Shown piece after piece: positions 21,882-31,856 of a DNA stretch of 64,000 bases (position 1 is its first letter; every line of letters begins with the position of its first letter). The notes beneath the pieces were generated by a model, which saw only the letters and a program-made list of their open reading frames with translations, was not told where the DNA came from and made no database searches. The position numbers and the translations under genes were made by a program. This DNA comes from Erysipelotrichaceae bacterium (GTDB lineage: Bacteria; Bacillota_I; Bacilli_A; RFN20; CAG-826): contig JAAYSH010000035.1 of the NCBI GenBank assembly GCA_012518415.1, positions 934 through 64,933 on the forward strand, read 5' to 3'.

Positions 21882-22056
21882 CGAACATACCTCCTGTAAA
21901 AATTTTATTTATTTTTCGAAGGCGATCAATATCCAAGCGGCCACTCCGAAGGAGTAAATAGAATGTATTATCCTACACCTCGGCAACATGATTAAGCTTG
22001 CGCCGTTGCTGTCTTTGGTCTATTGAATGCTTTTCAAAAACTAATGTGGTCGAATA
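21882..22056 (-). promoter_or_regulatory. rplJ leader; candidate L10(L12)4 autoregulatory leader RNA
   Basis: 175-nt untranslated gap between rplA and rplJ, in the position of the known L10 leader in Firmicutes. The structure was not verified. Confidence 0.3.
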
Positions 22057-22749
22057 TTAATTACGTGATGGGAATGTAATTTTAATTGAAGGTCCCATCG
22101 TTGTATGAATGGCAGCATTTTTGAAGTAAGTACCTTTTACTGCGGCTGGTCTTGCTTTTGCAACGACATCACAGATTGCTTCTAAGTTTTCGATTAATTG
22201 TTTATCATCGAAACTAACTTTGCCAAACGATACATGCATATTCGCTTCTTTATCAACGCGGTATTCGACTTTACCCGCTTTGACATCAGCGACTGCTTTT
22301 TCAACATCCATTGTAACTGTTCCTGATTTTGGGTTTGGCATTAATCCTTTTGGTCCAAGAATTCTACCTAACCGTCCGACGTTACCCATCATATCCGGAG
22401 TCGCGATAATTGTATCGAAATCAAACCAGTTTTCTTTTTGGATTTTGTCAAGCATTTCTTGCCCGCCGACATAATCGGCTCCAGCATTTTTTGCTTCTTC
22501 AATTTTTGAGTTAGTAACGACTAAGACGCGGACTTCTTTACCTGTTCCATGTGGTAAAACAAGTGTTCCACGAATTTGTTGATCAGCGTGACGTGGGTCA
22601 ACGTTTAAATTGAAACTAACATCAACGGTTGCATCAAACTTAGTCGTGTTTGTCTTTTTTGCTAGTGCGATTGCTTCATCGAGTTCGTATAACTTTTCAC
22701 GGTCAACGAGTTCATACGCAGCAGCATACTTTTTTCCTCTTTTTTTCAT
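22057..22749 (-). CDS. rplA: 50S ribosomal protein L1
   Basis: Core begins [16 protein letters not shown]. The listed ORF (to 22860) is over-extended into rplK; start set at the internal Met. Confidence 0.9.
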   Translation of the reverse strand: MKKRGKKYAAAYELVDREKLYELDEAIALAKKTNTTKFDATVDVSFNLNVDPRHADQQIRGTLVLPHGTGKEVRVLVVTNSKIEEAKNAGADYVGGQEMLDKIQKENWFDFDTIIATPDMMGNVGRLGRILGPKGLMPNPKSGTVTMDVEKAVADVKAGKVEYRVDKEANMHVSFGKVSFDDKQLIENLEAICDVVAKARPAAVKGTYFKNAAIHTTMGPSIKITFPSRN

Positions 22750-22789
22750 AATTCCTCCTTGTGGTCCTAACGAGATGACTCCCTCCCAC

Positions 22790-23203
22790 TTATTGTTTAA
22801 CTTTAATACCCATATTTCGGGCCGCACCTTCAACAATGCGCATTGCCGCATCAAGATCATCCGTATTTAAGTCGGGTAATTTGTATTCGGCAATTTCTTT
22901 AAGCTGAGCTTCAGTAATCGATCCGACTGTTTGCTCTTTTGGGTTATCTGCGCCTTTTTCAATTCCTGCTGCTTTTTTAAGCAAGATGGCAACTGGAGTT
23001 GTTTTTAATTCAAAGTCGAATGACTTATCTTCATAGGCGGTAATAATAACCGGTACGACTTCGCCGCGACGATCGGCGGTACGAGCGTTAAAGTCACTAC
23101 AAAACTGTGGCATGACAATACCTGCTGACGCTAAATGGGGGCCAGGTCTGGCTTGTCCGCCAATAAGTTCTAACTTAACTACTTTTGCGATTTTTTTACT
23201 CAC
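22790..23203 (-). CDS. rplK: 50S ribosomal protein L11
   Basis: 137 aa; [22 protein letters not shown]...[11 protein letters not shown] matches L11. Confidence 0.95.
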   Translation of the reverse strand: MSKKIAKVVKLELIGGQARPGPHLASAGIVMPQFCSDFNARTADRRGEVVPVIITAYEDKSFDFELKTTPVAILLKKAAGIEKGADNPKEQTVGSITEAQLKEIAEYKLPDLNTDDLDAAMRIVEGAARNMGIKVKQ

Positions 23204-23547
23204 GTTACTTCCTCCTTACTCATGGTAGATTACGTGTTGTGGTCAAGGGGCGAATCGCCGCCCTTCCACAGCTTTATTTGCGTATTTTTTATACGCGCCG
23301 TAGCATTATATAAGCATTAATTTTCAGTTGCAAGTTTTAGCAGTTTTCTTTACTTTTTCTTGACAATTTCCTAAATAACACTATACGTTGTTAATACTAC
23401 CTTTTTATAAGAAAAAAAGCAAGAGGAATTTGTATTTGTTCGGTAAAGAAATACCTAAACCTCGATTTTTGAGAAATTTATCCCCTTAATTTCAATAAAA
23501 AAGGCTTAGAATCAACAATCCAAGCCTTTATTTAAACTGAATTAATC
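23204..23547 (-). promoter_or_regulatory. nusG-rplK intergenic region: nusG terminator hairpin (~23494-23532) plus a GC-rich structured rplK leader (candidate L1-binding site, ~23225-23260)
   Basis: AAGGCTT...AAGCCTT stem after the nusG stop. CTGTGGAAGGGCGGCGATTCGCCCCTTGACCACAAC stem-loop on the minus strand sits in an otherwise AT-rich spacer. Confidence 0.3.
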
Positions 23548-24102
23548 TTAGACTTTTTCAATTTCTCCGAAGTCAACTTCGAACGTAGTTGGACGACCGA
23601 AGAATGTAGCTTCGATAATAACTTCGCCAGTCTCTTTATTAATACTTTGGATAATTCCCTCAGTACCTTCAAACGCACCGTGAATGACTTTAACACTATC
23701 ACCATCGTTATAGCGATCATACATTGATTCATCAATTTCACCAAGTCGTTTTAAGATTGGTTCAATTTGCTCTCTTGGAACTGGGAATGGTTTTGTACCT
23801 CCACCTGAAGAACCAACAAATCCAGTAACATCAGGAGTATTACGAACCATATACCACGCTTCATCAGTCATGATCATTTCAATAAATACATAACCAGGAT
23901 AAAGGTTTTTCATTTTTGTCTTGCCGGTTGGTTTTCCTTGTCTCATTGCATCTACTTCGATTTCTGCAACAAGAACACGGCCGATATACTCTTCAAGGTC
24001 CATCGATTTCGTCCGGCGTTCTAAGTTTACCTTAACGATGTTTTCACGACCTGAATATGAGTTAACGACATACCACTGCATTTCTCGATCTAAATTTTCC
24101 AT
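23548..24102 (-). CDS. nusG: Transcription termination/antitermination factor NusG
   Basis: 184 aa with an NGN domain (WYVVNSYSGRE) and C-terminal KOW domain; follows secE. Confidence 0.93.
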   Translation of the reverse strand: MENLDREMQWYVVNSYSGRENIVKVNLERRTKSMDLEEYIGRVLVAEIEVDAMRQGKPTGKTKMKNLYPGYVFIEMIMTDEAWYMVRNTPDVTGFVGSSGGGTKPFPVPREQIEPILKRLGEIDESMYDRYNDGDSVKVIHGAFEGTEGIIQSINKETGEVIIEATFFGRPTTFEVDFGEIEKV

Positions 24103-24115
24103 ACACTTACACCTA

Positions 24116-24316
24116 CTAATTTCCTATTGATTTAAACGCGTCTTCAATTCCGCCTAACAAATAACCAGCCGCGATATCTTCAAGCACCAAAACAAGGGCA
24201 GCAATAATAACGACGACGATAACAACTGAAACAAGCGAAATAAGTTTTTCGCGTTTTGGCCACCTGACGCGGCGTGCTTCTTTTACTACTTCTTTTGTAT
24301 ATTTACGAATTCCCAT
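24116..24316 (-). CDS. secE: Preprotein translocase subunit SecE
   Basis: 66 aa with a single TM; RWPKREKLI motif; secE-nusG synteny. Confidence 0.9.
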   Translation of the reverse strand: MGIRKYTKEVVKEARRVRWPKREKLISLVSVVIVVVIIAALVLVLEDIAAGYLLGGIEDAFKSIGN

Positions 24317-24326
24317 GTTTTGCCTC

Positions 24327-24473
24327 CTAACGGCTTTCTTTGTGTAATGTTGTTTTATTACACTTTTTGCAATATTTTCTTAATTCAAGTCGCTTGGTTG
24401 AACCGACTTTTTTTGTTGTGTTGTAATTTCTTGATAAACATATAGAGCAAATTAAAATAATTTTTTTCCGCAT
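24327..24473 (-). CDS. rpmG: 50S ribosomal protein L33 (not in the ORF track, <60 aa)
   Basis: Hand translation gives [48 protein letters not shown], with CxxC...CxxC Zn-ribbon motifs and conserved sigH-rpmG-secE synteny. Confidence 0.85.
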   Translation of the reverse strand: MRKKIILICSICLSRNYNTTKKVGSTKRLELRKYCKKCNKTTLHKESR

Positions 24474-24578
24474 GTTATCACCTCTTTATATTACCTTATT
24501 GTCGCTAAAAAGACTAGCATAACTTATTTTGGCGGTCAAGAAAGAAATGCTACGCTTCTTAACATTAGTAATTATACA

Positions 24579-25193
24579 CTAAGACTGATGTTCGATTTCT
24601 TCAATTATTTTTTCTTTAATCGTTTTCATAACTTCATAGTAGCGATATTTGCTTATCGCTAGTGCAGAAATTATTTCACTAGGGGTAAACCCATCGAGCC
24701 GTAAAATAATGATATCTTTTTCCAAATCATCGAATTCAACGAAAAAATAATCATAAAATTGCTCGTGACGATCATCGGGTAAAACATCTAACGAAATGTA
24801 TTCATCGTTTTGTCCCATAATATCCTCCAGCGTTAAATTATCGGCATAGTCAAGTTCTTGTTCAAATGATAGTGCATGATTTAAAACATTTTTGTTACGC
24901 GATGTATTTTCTTTAACATGCCGCCAAACTGAGCGCCTAACAAGTAGTTTCGCAAAAGCTGGAAATGCACCTTTGCTTTCATCATACGCCATTGCTGCTT
25001 CATATAAGCCGATGATTCCTGCCGCGAAAAAATCGTCGACATCAAGTCCGCACATCGGTACTAAGTCACAAACTAAAAAAGCCATCTTGTGCAAAAGAGG
25101 CTTGTATTGTTCGATTAAACTTTCAAGTCCTTGTGGTTCGTTGTTTCTAATTTGCTTAATATAAAGCATCGTCGTTTCTTCTACTAGTTTCAT
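24579..25193 (-). CDS. sigH: Sigma-70 family RNA polymerase sigma factor, SigH-like by position
   Basis: 204 aa; region-2-like LYEAAMAYDESKG and a region-4 HTH (ILRLDGFTPSEIISALAIS). Sits upstream of rpmG-secE-nusG and downstream of rlmB, as B. subtilis sigH does. Confidence 0.7.
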   Translation of the reverse strand: MKLVEETTMLYIKQIRNNEPQGLESLIEQYKPLLHKMAFLVCDLVPMCGLDVDDFFAAGIIGLYEAAMAYDESKGAFPAFAKLLVRRSVWRHVKENTSRNKNVLNHALSFEQELDYADNLTLEDIMGQNDEYISLDVLPDDRHEQFYDYFFVEFDDLEKDIIILRLDGFTPSEIISALAISKYRYYEVMKTIKEKIIEEIEHQS

Positions 25194-25211
25194 ACTTTAT
25201 CCATCTCCATC

Positions 25212-25931
25212 TTAATTTTGCTTTCCGCGGATACCGGCGATTAAAATTCCAGTGGCGACTGATACGTTTAAGGAATTAACGTGACCGCTTTGAGGAATTT
25301 GTACCATAAGGTCGCAATTAGATGCTAGTAAGGGAGGAATGCCTCTACCCTCAGCACCGACGACCAACACACACGGAAAATCATACTTAAGATCGAGATA
25401 ATTGTCAGGAGCATTTGCGTCTGAACCAACTAACCAATAACCAGCGTCTTTTAATTTCTTCGCTGTTTGATTGAGATTTGTAACTTGAACAACTGGGACA
25501 TAATTGTGTGCACCAGTTGCAACTTTGATTACACTCGCATTCATTTGTACTTGTCGATGTTTTTGAATAATAATACCATCGACACTAAAAGCATCAGCGA
25601 TTCGAATAATTGCACCTAAATTATGTGGATCTTGAACTTCAGCCATCATAATAATAAGCGGATTTTCTTTTTTGCTCGCTTTTTCAATTAGAGTGTTGAG
25701 TTTAGTATATACGTAAGCGCGCATTAAGGCAACAACTCCTTGATGATTTTTACTATTTGTTAAATCATTTAATTTGTTGCCGCTAACAAATTCATATGGG
25801 ACATTATGCGCCTTTGCTAGTGTAACAAACTCGGAATTAGTAAGGTTTTGCGCAAGAAATAACTTCGTAACATTATTAGCTCGAAGTGTATCTCTCACAC
25901 TATTACGTCCATAAATAACTTCATTACTCAT
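25212..25931 (-). CDS. rlmB: TrmH/SpoU-family 23S rRNA 2'-O-methyltransferase (RlmB/YacO-like)
   Basis: 239 aa with a SpoU methylase C-terminus (GAEGRGIP...NVSVATGIL); cysS-rlmB synteny. Confidence 0.85.
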   Translation of the reverse strand: MSNEVIYGRNSVRDTLRANNVTKLFLAQNLTNSEFVTLAKAHNVPYEFVSGNKLNDLTNSKNHQGVVALMRAYVYTKLNTLIEKASKKENPLIIMMAEVQDPHNLGAIIRIADAFSVDGIIIQKHRQVQMNASVIKVATGAHNYVPVVQVTNLNQTAKKLKDAGYWLVGSDANAPDNYLDLKYDFPCVLVVGAEGRGIPPLLASNCDLMVQIPQSGHVNSLNVSVATGILIAGIRGKQN

Positions 25932-27268
25932 TAAAATATTTCCCTTTTAATTAATTGTTCTCTTAGTTTATCGCTTTGTTCATAATCCTTATTTGCTCTT
26001 GCTAAATTGTACTCATCAAGCAAGGCGAAATCTTCGCTAGTTAAAATTGGATAAGTAATTTTAAAACCTAAAATATGTAACATAACTTCAAGTGTTGCGA
26101 ATAAATTAGCAAGTAATTCTAAATCGTGCTCGCGAACACGGAGAGCACTGTTAGCAAGTTTTAATACGCGATGTAACTGCGAAAGTGCATTAGCAGTATT
26201 TAAATCATTTGCAAGTTCACTTAGAAACCCTTCTAATTCACTTGGAGTTCCGCTTGTTAAATCAACCTTGTTTATTTGTAAAGTAACCGCGAGTTGCCGA
26301 TAAGTTTTCGAAATTTTATTGATTTCATTAATCGCCATCTCAACAACTTCTTCACTAAAATTTACCGGAGCGCGGTAGTGCGTACTAATTAACATCATTC
26401 TCACAACATTCCCGCCGTATTTAGCTAACATATCCTTTGCTAAAACTACATTACCTAAAGACTTTGACATCTTACTATCGTTTAAATTAACAAAACCGTT
26501 ATGCATCCAATATTTAGCAAGTTTATTATTATTAACTGCTAGTGACTGTGCGATTTCATTTTCATGATGGGGAAACTTTAAATCAACCCCACCTCCATGA
26601 ATATCAATACATTTTTCTTCAAATAATGAATCAATCATAACGACACATTCAGTATGCCAGCCAGGTCTGCCTTCACTCCATGGTGAATCCCATTTTATGC
26701 CTGTTTCTGTCTTTTTCCAAACGACAAAATCAAGTGGTGATTCTTTGCGTTCATCTTGTTCGATTCTTGTTCCAGCTTGGAGTTCTTTTGGATCAAAATT
26801 ACCTAACTCTCCGTAGCGATCATCTTGGCCAACACGGAAAAACACATCACCATCAACTTCATATGCTGCTCCCGCTTCAATTAACTTTTCGACAAAAGCA
26901 ATAATATCAGGTATAAACGACGTAACGCGTGGAGAATGTGTCGGTAAATCCGCATTAACAAGGCGAACATTTTCTTCATAGGCAGCAATGTATTTATTTG
27001 CTACTTCTGCTTCACTCATATTTTCTTCAATCGCCTGGGCGATTACTTTATCATCAACATCAGTATAGTTACTTATATGCGTGACATCATAGCCAACGTA
27101 TGTTAAAAACTTTGTTAATGTATCAAACACAACAATTGGGCGTAAGTTACCGACATGAATGTGATTGTATACAGTTGGTCCACAAACATACATCGATACT
27201 TCGTTTTCAATGATCGGTTTAAATATCTCTTCTTTATTTGTTAGTGAATTATAAAACTTTATTTCCAT
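25931..27268 (-). CDS. cysS: Cysteine--tRNA ligase
   Basis: CGPTVYNHIHVGNLRP (HIGH motif), KMSKSLGN motif and Zn-binding Cys residues; 445 aa. Confidence 0.95.
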   Translation of the reverse strand: MEIKFYNSLTNKEEIFKPIIENEVSMYVCGPTVYNHIHVGNLRPIVVFDTLTKFLTYVGYDVTHISNYTDVDDKVIAQAIEENMSEAEVANKYIAAYEENVRLVNADLPTHSPRVTSFIPDIIAFVEKLIEAGAAYEVDGDVFFRVGQDDRYGELGNFDPKELQAGTRIEQDERKESPLDFVVWKKTETGIKWDSPWSEGRPGWHTECVVMIDSLFEEKCIDIHGGGVDLKFPHHENEIAQSLAVNNNKLAKYWMHNGFVNLNDSKMSKSLGNVVLAKDMLAKYGGNVVRMMLISTHYRAPVNFSEEVVEMAINEINKISKTYRQLAVTLQINKVDLTSGTPSELEGFLSELANDLNTANALSQLHRVLKLANSALRVREHDLELLANLFATLEVMLHILGFKITYPILTSEDFALLDEYNLARANKDYEQSDKLREQLIKREIF

Positions 27269-27310
27269 AATTATTACATACTCCTAGTTAAATTTTAGCA
27301 TTGTTGGGTG

Positions 27311-27982
27311 TTATTGAGTAATAATTGCCTCTAATTGTTTTGCACTATCTGCTTTATATGTTGGTTTTAAATGTTTAACATCTTCATATATCCGAAATCC
27401 CCAACTTACAAAAACTACGGCAAGTCCGCCGTTATTGGCTGTTTTCATGTCAATATCGCTATCGCCTATGTAAAGCGTTTCAGCTTTAATTAAATTATAT
27501 TTGTCAAACAAATCGTTTAATAAAGTTGGGTCTGGTTTTAGTGGATATCCTTCAATTTGACCAACAACTTCGATAAAAATATTCGGGAAAAAGTGCTTGA
27601 TTACACTTTGAGCTATTGCGTGTGGTTTGTTTGTTAAACAAAACAATTTATAACCTTGCTTGTTTAGTGAACTAAGCAAATCACTAATACCTTCATATGG
27701 GAAGGAGTGTTCAAGGTGATTATGCGCATATGAATCTAAATATAAGCCAAGTATTTTTTCAAGTTCTTGTTCGCTTACTTGCTTATCTTTTAAAGCACGA
27801 ACAAATATTTGCTTTGATCCGCTCCCAACAAGCGCTTTAACCTGTTCGCTATTATAGTTTGCCTTATGACCAAAACTATTTAAAGCAAGATTAACACTAT
27901 AGCTGATATCTCCAAGTGTATTTAAAATCGTACCATCTAAATCAAAAATTAAATTTTTATACATAATTCTTTTCCTCTCCAA
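27311..27982 (-). CDS. HAD-superfamily hydrolase (phosphatase, PGP-like)
   Basis: FDLDGTIL motif I, a ...TNK... motif and GDSDIDM motif IV; 223 aa. Confidence 0.8.
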   Translation of the reverse strand: MERKRIMYKNLIFDLDGTILNTLGDISYSVNLALNSFGHKANYNSEQVKALVGSGSKQIFVRALKDKQVSEQELEKILGLYLDSYAHNHLEHSFPYEGISDLLSSLNKQGYKLFCLTNKPHAIAQSVIKHFFPNIFIEVVGQIEGYPLKPDPTLLNDLFDKYNLIKAETLYIGDSDIDMKTANNGGLAVVFVSWGFRIYEDVKHLKPTYKADSAKQLEAIITQ

Positions 27983-28073
27983 GATGTATTATACTAAATC
28001 CAACCCACTTTTACATTCATAAACAAAAAAGAGTAGCGAATTGCTACTCCTTTATGTATTTAGTTTCCTAAGA

Positions 28074-28301
28074 TTAATTGTCGAACCAGAGAACTGTGCC
28101 TTTGACAATAATTGTAATAAGGTCGACAAGCCAGACGATTGGAAGACCGAGAATAAGTAAGATAATACCTAAAACGATTCCTAGCGTGTTATTTTTCTCG
28201 ACACTTAAAACAATTCTTGCAACCCACCAAATGACGTTAATAAGTGGAAGTGCAAAGACGATCTTTAACCATAGTGGTTGTTCGTTTAACCATTTCATCA
28301 T
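28074..28301 (-). CDS. Small two-TM membrane protein, unknown function
   Basis: 75-aa hydrophobic ORF (possibly YccF/DUF307-like; family not confirmed). Confidence 0.35.
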   Translation of the reverse strand: MMKWLNEQPLWLKIVFALPLINVIWWVARIVLSVEKNNTLGIVLGIILLILGLPIVWLVDLITIIVKGTVLWFDN

Positions 28302-28440
28302 AGTACGTAATCCTCCTTCTATAAATCAAGTATAACATAACTTTATTAGTTTAGAATGCGGAAAACAACTTTTTTCTTTATTTTAAAAATCATATTATTA
28401 CAATGGTCTTAACCCTCACTTATGCGAAACTATTTGAAAA

Positions 28441-28467
28441 CAAAAAACGCTCAAATTAATGAGCGTT
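28441..28467 (-). terminator. Rho-independent terminator downstream of rplQ, ending the alpha operon
   Basis: AACGCTCA-AATTAA-TGAGCGTT hairpin followed by a U6 run on the minus-strand RNA. Confidence 0.55.
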
Positions 28468-28490
28468 ATTTATGTTAATTGAGAAAATTT

Positions 28491-28892
28491 TTATTGCACG
28501 AATTGGACTAAACGCATCGGAGCATTGTCGCCTCGACGGTTAACTAATTTAAGTGAGCGTGTATAGCCACCATTACGGTCAGCATACGCTGGTCCTAAAT
28601 CGTCAAATAAAACTTGAAGCGCAGTTCTTCCATCATCAGCCTTAAAACCTGGACGGACAAACCGTGCTGCTTGTCTCCTTGCGTGTAAGTCGCCACGTTT
28701 GGCAAGTGTAATTAATTTATCGGCAATTGGCACGATTTCACGTGCAACTTTTTCTGTTACTTTAACTTGACCACCAATAATTAATTGACTCACGACGTTG
28801 CGGAGCATATTTTTATTTTTACTCCGGTCAAAACCGGCTTTAAAACGTACGCCACCTTTTCCGCGAACGTTTTTACGTCCTGTTGTTCCCAT
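28491..28892 (-). CDS. rplQ: 50S ribosomal protein L17, with an ~11-aa N-terminal insertion
   Basis: ...LAKRGDLHARRQAARFV...GGYTRSLKL...GDNAPM is the L17 signature; AGAGGT RBS. Confidence 0.93.
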   Translation of the reverse strand: MGTTGRKNVRGKGGVRFKAGFDRSKNKNMLRNVVSQLIIGGQVKVTEKVAREIVPIADKLITLAKRGDLHARRQAARFVRPGFKADDGRTALQVLFDDLGPAYADRNGGYTRSLKLVNRRGDNAPMRLVQFVQ

Positions 28893-28903
28893 ATTTCTTA
28901 CCT

Positions 28904-29890
28904 CTAGCTTTCACGGAACGATAAGCCATATTCTGCTAAAGTATCTTTAACTTCTTTTAATGACTTCTTACCCATGTTCCGAATTTTTGTCATTTCTTCT
29001 TCGGTTTTTTCCGTTAATTCTAGTACCATTTGGAAACCGTAACGTTTTAAACAGTTGTAAGAGCGAACACTTAAGTCAAGCTCTTCAATTGTCATATTAT
29101 CAAATGGTCCTGGTTCTTCACTACCATCGTCTTCTTTAAAGACATTTAGGTTTTGAACGATTGAATCTAATTCAGTAAAGCGTTGGAAATGAGCAACGAG
29201 TATTTGTGCTGCAAGAGCGATTGCTTCTTGCGGAGTGATCGAACCGTTTGTTGTAACTTCAATACTTAATGAATCAAAGCGTGAGTCATGACCAACCCGC
29301 GCGCCATCAACATGATAAGCGACGTTTTTAATTGGTGAATAAAGTGAGTCAGTTGCAATTGATCCAACTGGAAGTGAAGTATTAAGTTGTTTGTTCGCTT
29401 CGCTTGTTTCATATCCACGTGAGTTACGAGCATAAAGAACCATCTTTAAATGTCCACCTTCAGCGATATGAGCGATTTCTAATTCAGGATTAATAACTTT
29501 TACATCACTAGGAATCCGAATATCTGAAGCCCGAACAACAGCTGGACCGACTAAGTCGATTTCTAAGCGTTTTGTTACATCTTCATCATCCTCAATTTTT
29601 AAGACGAGGTCTTTTAAATTTAAAATAATTGTTGTAACGTCTTCGACAACGCCTTCAAGTGCGGAAAACTCATGATCTGCTCCTTCGATTTGAACAGCAA
29701 ATACTGCTGCGCCTGGGAGTGAGTTTAGTAAAACTCTACGTAAGGCGTTACCAATCGTAATTCCAAATCCACCTTCTAAGGGTGAGACATTAAATTTTCC
29801 ATAATTTCTTTTTTCGCTTTTAGCTGCAACTTTAAAATCAATATCTTCAAACGGATTTTCAATATATTTTTCTTGTTTGTTTTTTTCCAT
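28904..29890 (-). CDS. rpoA: DNA-directed RNA polymerase subunit alpha
   Basis: 328 aa; the N-terminal domain and C-terminal LSVRSYNCLKR...I are typical of alpha. Confidence 0.95.
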   Translation of the reverse strand: MEKNKQEKYIENPFEDIDFKVAAKSEKRNYGKFNVSPLEGGFGITIGNALRRVLLNSLPGAAVFAVQIEGADHEFSALEGVVEDVTTIILNLKDLVLKIEDDEDVTKRLEIDLVGPAVVRASDIRIPSDVKVINPELEIAHIAEGGHLKMVLYARNSRGYETSEANKQLNTSLPVGSIATDSLYSPIKNVAYHVDGARVGHDSRFDSLSIEVTTNGSITPQEAIALAAQILVAHFQRFTELDSIVQNLNVFKEDDGSEEPGPFDNMTIEELDLSVRSYNCLKRYGFQMVLELTEKTEEEMTKIRNMGKKSLKEVKDTLAEYGLSFRES

Positions 29891-29914
29891 TATTCATTTC
29901 CTCCTTTAATCCTC

Positions 29915-30313
29915 TTAACCACGTGGCCGTTTTGGTGGTCGGCAGCCGTTATGAGGAATTGGTGTTGTGTCCGTAATGGTTTGGATGTTTAAACCCGCGG
30001 CATGAAGTGCCCTAATTGCGGATTCTCTTCCTGGTCCTGGACCTTTGACGTTAACATCAATTTCAGTTAAACCTTGTTCAACTGCGATTTTGCCTGCTGC
30101 TTCACCTGCTTGTTGGGCGGCCCAAGGAGTCGACTTTTTCGATCCTTTAAAACCGAGCGCACCTGCGCTTGAACTAGCAATTGCATTACCGGCTTCGTCG
30201 GTAATTGTTACAATCGTGTTATTAAAGGTGGAATGGATGTGCGCAACACCTTTAGTATACGAGCGTCTAATTCTTTTTCTACGTCCAGCTTGACGTCTTC
30301 TTTGTTTTGACAT
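29915..30313 (-). CDS. rpsK: 30S ribosomal protein S11
   Basis: 132 aa; [18 protein letters not shown] matches S11. Confidence 0.95.
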   Translation of the reverse strand: MSKQRRRQAGRRKRIRRSYTKGVAHIHSTFNNTIVTITDEAGNAIASSSAGALGFKGSKKSTPWAAQQAGEAAGKIAVEQGLTEIDVNVKGPGPGRESAIRALHAAGLNIQTITDTTPIPHNGCRPPKRPRG

Positions 30314-30331
30314 AATCCATTATCCCCTTTC

Positions 30332-30709
30332 TTAACCTTTAGATCCAGCTTTCTTATTAGCGATAGTTCGTTTTGGACCTTTTCTTGTCCGTGCGTTCGT
30401 TTTTGTTGATTGTCCGCGTACTGGAAGTCCGCGTCGGTGACGAATACCGCGGTAGCAACCAATTTCTTGGAGCCGCTTAATATCCATCGCGACTTCACGA
30501 CGTAAGTCACCTTCAACTTTCATATTGTTAATTTCTGAACGAATCGCTGTTAATTGATCATCGCTTAAATCTTTAACCCGAATATCGTGGTTAATATTTA
30601 ATTTGTCTAATAATTTTTCTGCTTTTGATTTGCCAATCCCATAAATATAAGTAAGTGAAATTACTACTCTTTTATCGTTGGGAATATCAACACCTGCAAT
30701 ACGTGCCAT
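30332..30709 (-). CDS. rpsM: 30S ribosomal protein S13
   Basis: [26 protein letters not shown] matches S13. Confidence 0.95.
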   Translation of the reverse strand: MARIAGVDIPNDKRVVISLTYIYGIGKSKAEKLLDKLNINHDIRVKDLSDDQLTAIRSEINNMKVEGDLRREVAMDIKRLQEIGCYRGIRHRRGLPVRGQSTKTNARTRKGPKRTIANKKAGSKG

Positions 30710-30726
30710 AATTTTTTCCTCCTAAA

Positions 30727-30840
30727 TTAACCTTGTCTTTGCTTATGCTTAGGATTTTCGCAAATAACCATAACGCGGCCTTTGCGTTTAATTACCTTAC
30801 ATTTGTCGCAAATTGGTTTGACTGAGGCTCTAACTTTCAT
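30727..30840 (-). CDS. rpmJ: 50S ribosomal protein L36 (not in the ORF track, 37 aa)
   Basis: Hand translation gives [37 protein letters not shown], a textbook L36, lying between infA and rpsM. Confidence 0.9.
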   Translation of the reverse strand: MKVRASVKPICDKCKVIKRKGRVMVICENPKHKQRQG

Positions 30841-30867
30841 AGTATTTTTCCTCCAATTTGTTCGACT

Positions 30868-31086
30868 TTATTTATGTCGATAAGTTATTCTGCACCGTGT
30901 TAAATCATAAGGTGAAATTTCAACCGTAACTCGGTCCCCAGGTAAAATCCGAATATTGTGCTTTTTAATTTTACCAGAGACGGTCGCTAGAATTTCCATG
31001 CCGTTTTCAAGTCTTACCATAAATGTAACATTTGGTAGTGCCTCAATCACGACTGCAGGAAACTTCATTACATCTGCTCTTGCCAT
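30868..31086 (-). CDS. infA: Translation initiation factor IF-1
   Basis: 72 aa; [17 protein letters not shown]...[13 protein letters not shown]. Its start overlaps the map stop by 19 nt. Confidence 0.93.
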   Translation of the reverse strand: MARADVMKFPAVVIEALPNVTFMVRLENGMEILATVSGKIKKHNIRILPGDRVTVEISPYDLTRCRITYRHK

Positions 31087-31856
31087 TTTTTCAACTCCTT
31101 TTCGTCTAATACAGTCAATACTTCAAAGCCATCTTCTGTAATAACAATCGTGTTTTCATAATGCGCAGATAATTTCCCATCTAGGGTTTTCACCGTCCAT
31201 TCGTCATCAAGTACATATGTCGCTCGTGAACCTAGAGTTACCATTGGTTCAATCGCAAGAGTCATACCTACTCGTAGACGCGGACCACTGCCTTCATACC
31301 CATAATTTGGTACGAATGGGTCTTCATGGAGTTTGACTCCGACTCCATGACCAGCATACTCCCTTGGTACTCCGTAGCCTTTTGGCTCTAAGTAACTTTG
31401 AATTGCGTGTGAGATATCACCTACATATCCGCCTGGTTTTGCGTAATTAATTACTGCATTCCAGAAACTTGCTTCCGTTGCTTCAATTAAAGCTTCGGCT
31501 TCAGGTGAGATTTCACCAACTGGGAATGTGCGTGCGGCATCCGCGATATAACCATCCTTTGTTGCACCGACATCAAGTGAAATGACATCACCTTCTTTTA
31601 AAATAATATCTTTACTTGGAATTCCGTGAATCAAGGTGTCATTAACGGATATACATATGTTGCCAGGGAAACCACCATATCCTAAGAATGTCGGTGTTGC
31701 CCCTTCACTGCGAATGATCTTGCCTGCAAGTTGGTCAAGTTCCCAAGTGGAAACGCCCGGCTTGCATTTAGGACCTAATTGTTCAAATACCGTAGCAACG
31801 ATACGTCCCGCTTCTTTCATAAGTTTTACTTCGCGAGGTGATTTCGTAATAATCAT
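31068..31856 (-). CDS. map: Methionine aminopeptidase type I
   Basis: 262 aa with the pita-bread fold metal ligands (D...D...H...E...E). Confidence 0.93.
   Translation of the reverse strand: MIITKSPREVKLMKEAGRIVATVFEQLGPKCKPGVSTWELDQLAGKIIRSEGATPTFLGYGGFPGNICISVNDTLIHGIPSKDIILKEGDVISLDVGATKDGYIADAARTFPVGEISPEAEALIEATEASFWNAVINYAKPGGYVGDISHAIQSYLEPKGYGVPREYAGHGVGVKLHEDPFVPNYGYEGSGPRLRVGMTLAIEPMVTLGSRATYVLDDEWTVKTLDGKLSAHYENTIVITEDGFEVLTVLDEKELKKWQEQM

Noticed and set aside
22750-22860. N-terminal 37 codons of the listed rplA ORF (and 43353-43499 of the rpsJ ORF, 62465-62539 of the reductase ORF, 57053-57079 of the 184-aa ORF)
   Set aside because: ORF-caller over-extension. Conserved N-termini and RBS positions place the true starts at internal Met or GTG codons.
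23361-23392. Plus-strand TTGACA-16-TATACG promoter-like sequence in the nusG-rplK spacer
   Set aside because: It points into the antisense of nusG, with no plus-strand gene downstream and an imperfect -10. It is probably fortuitous in AT-rich DNA.
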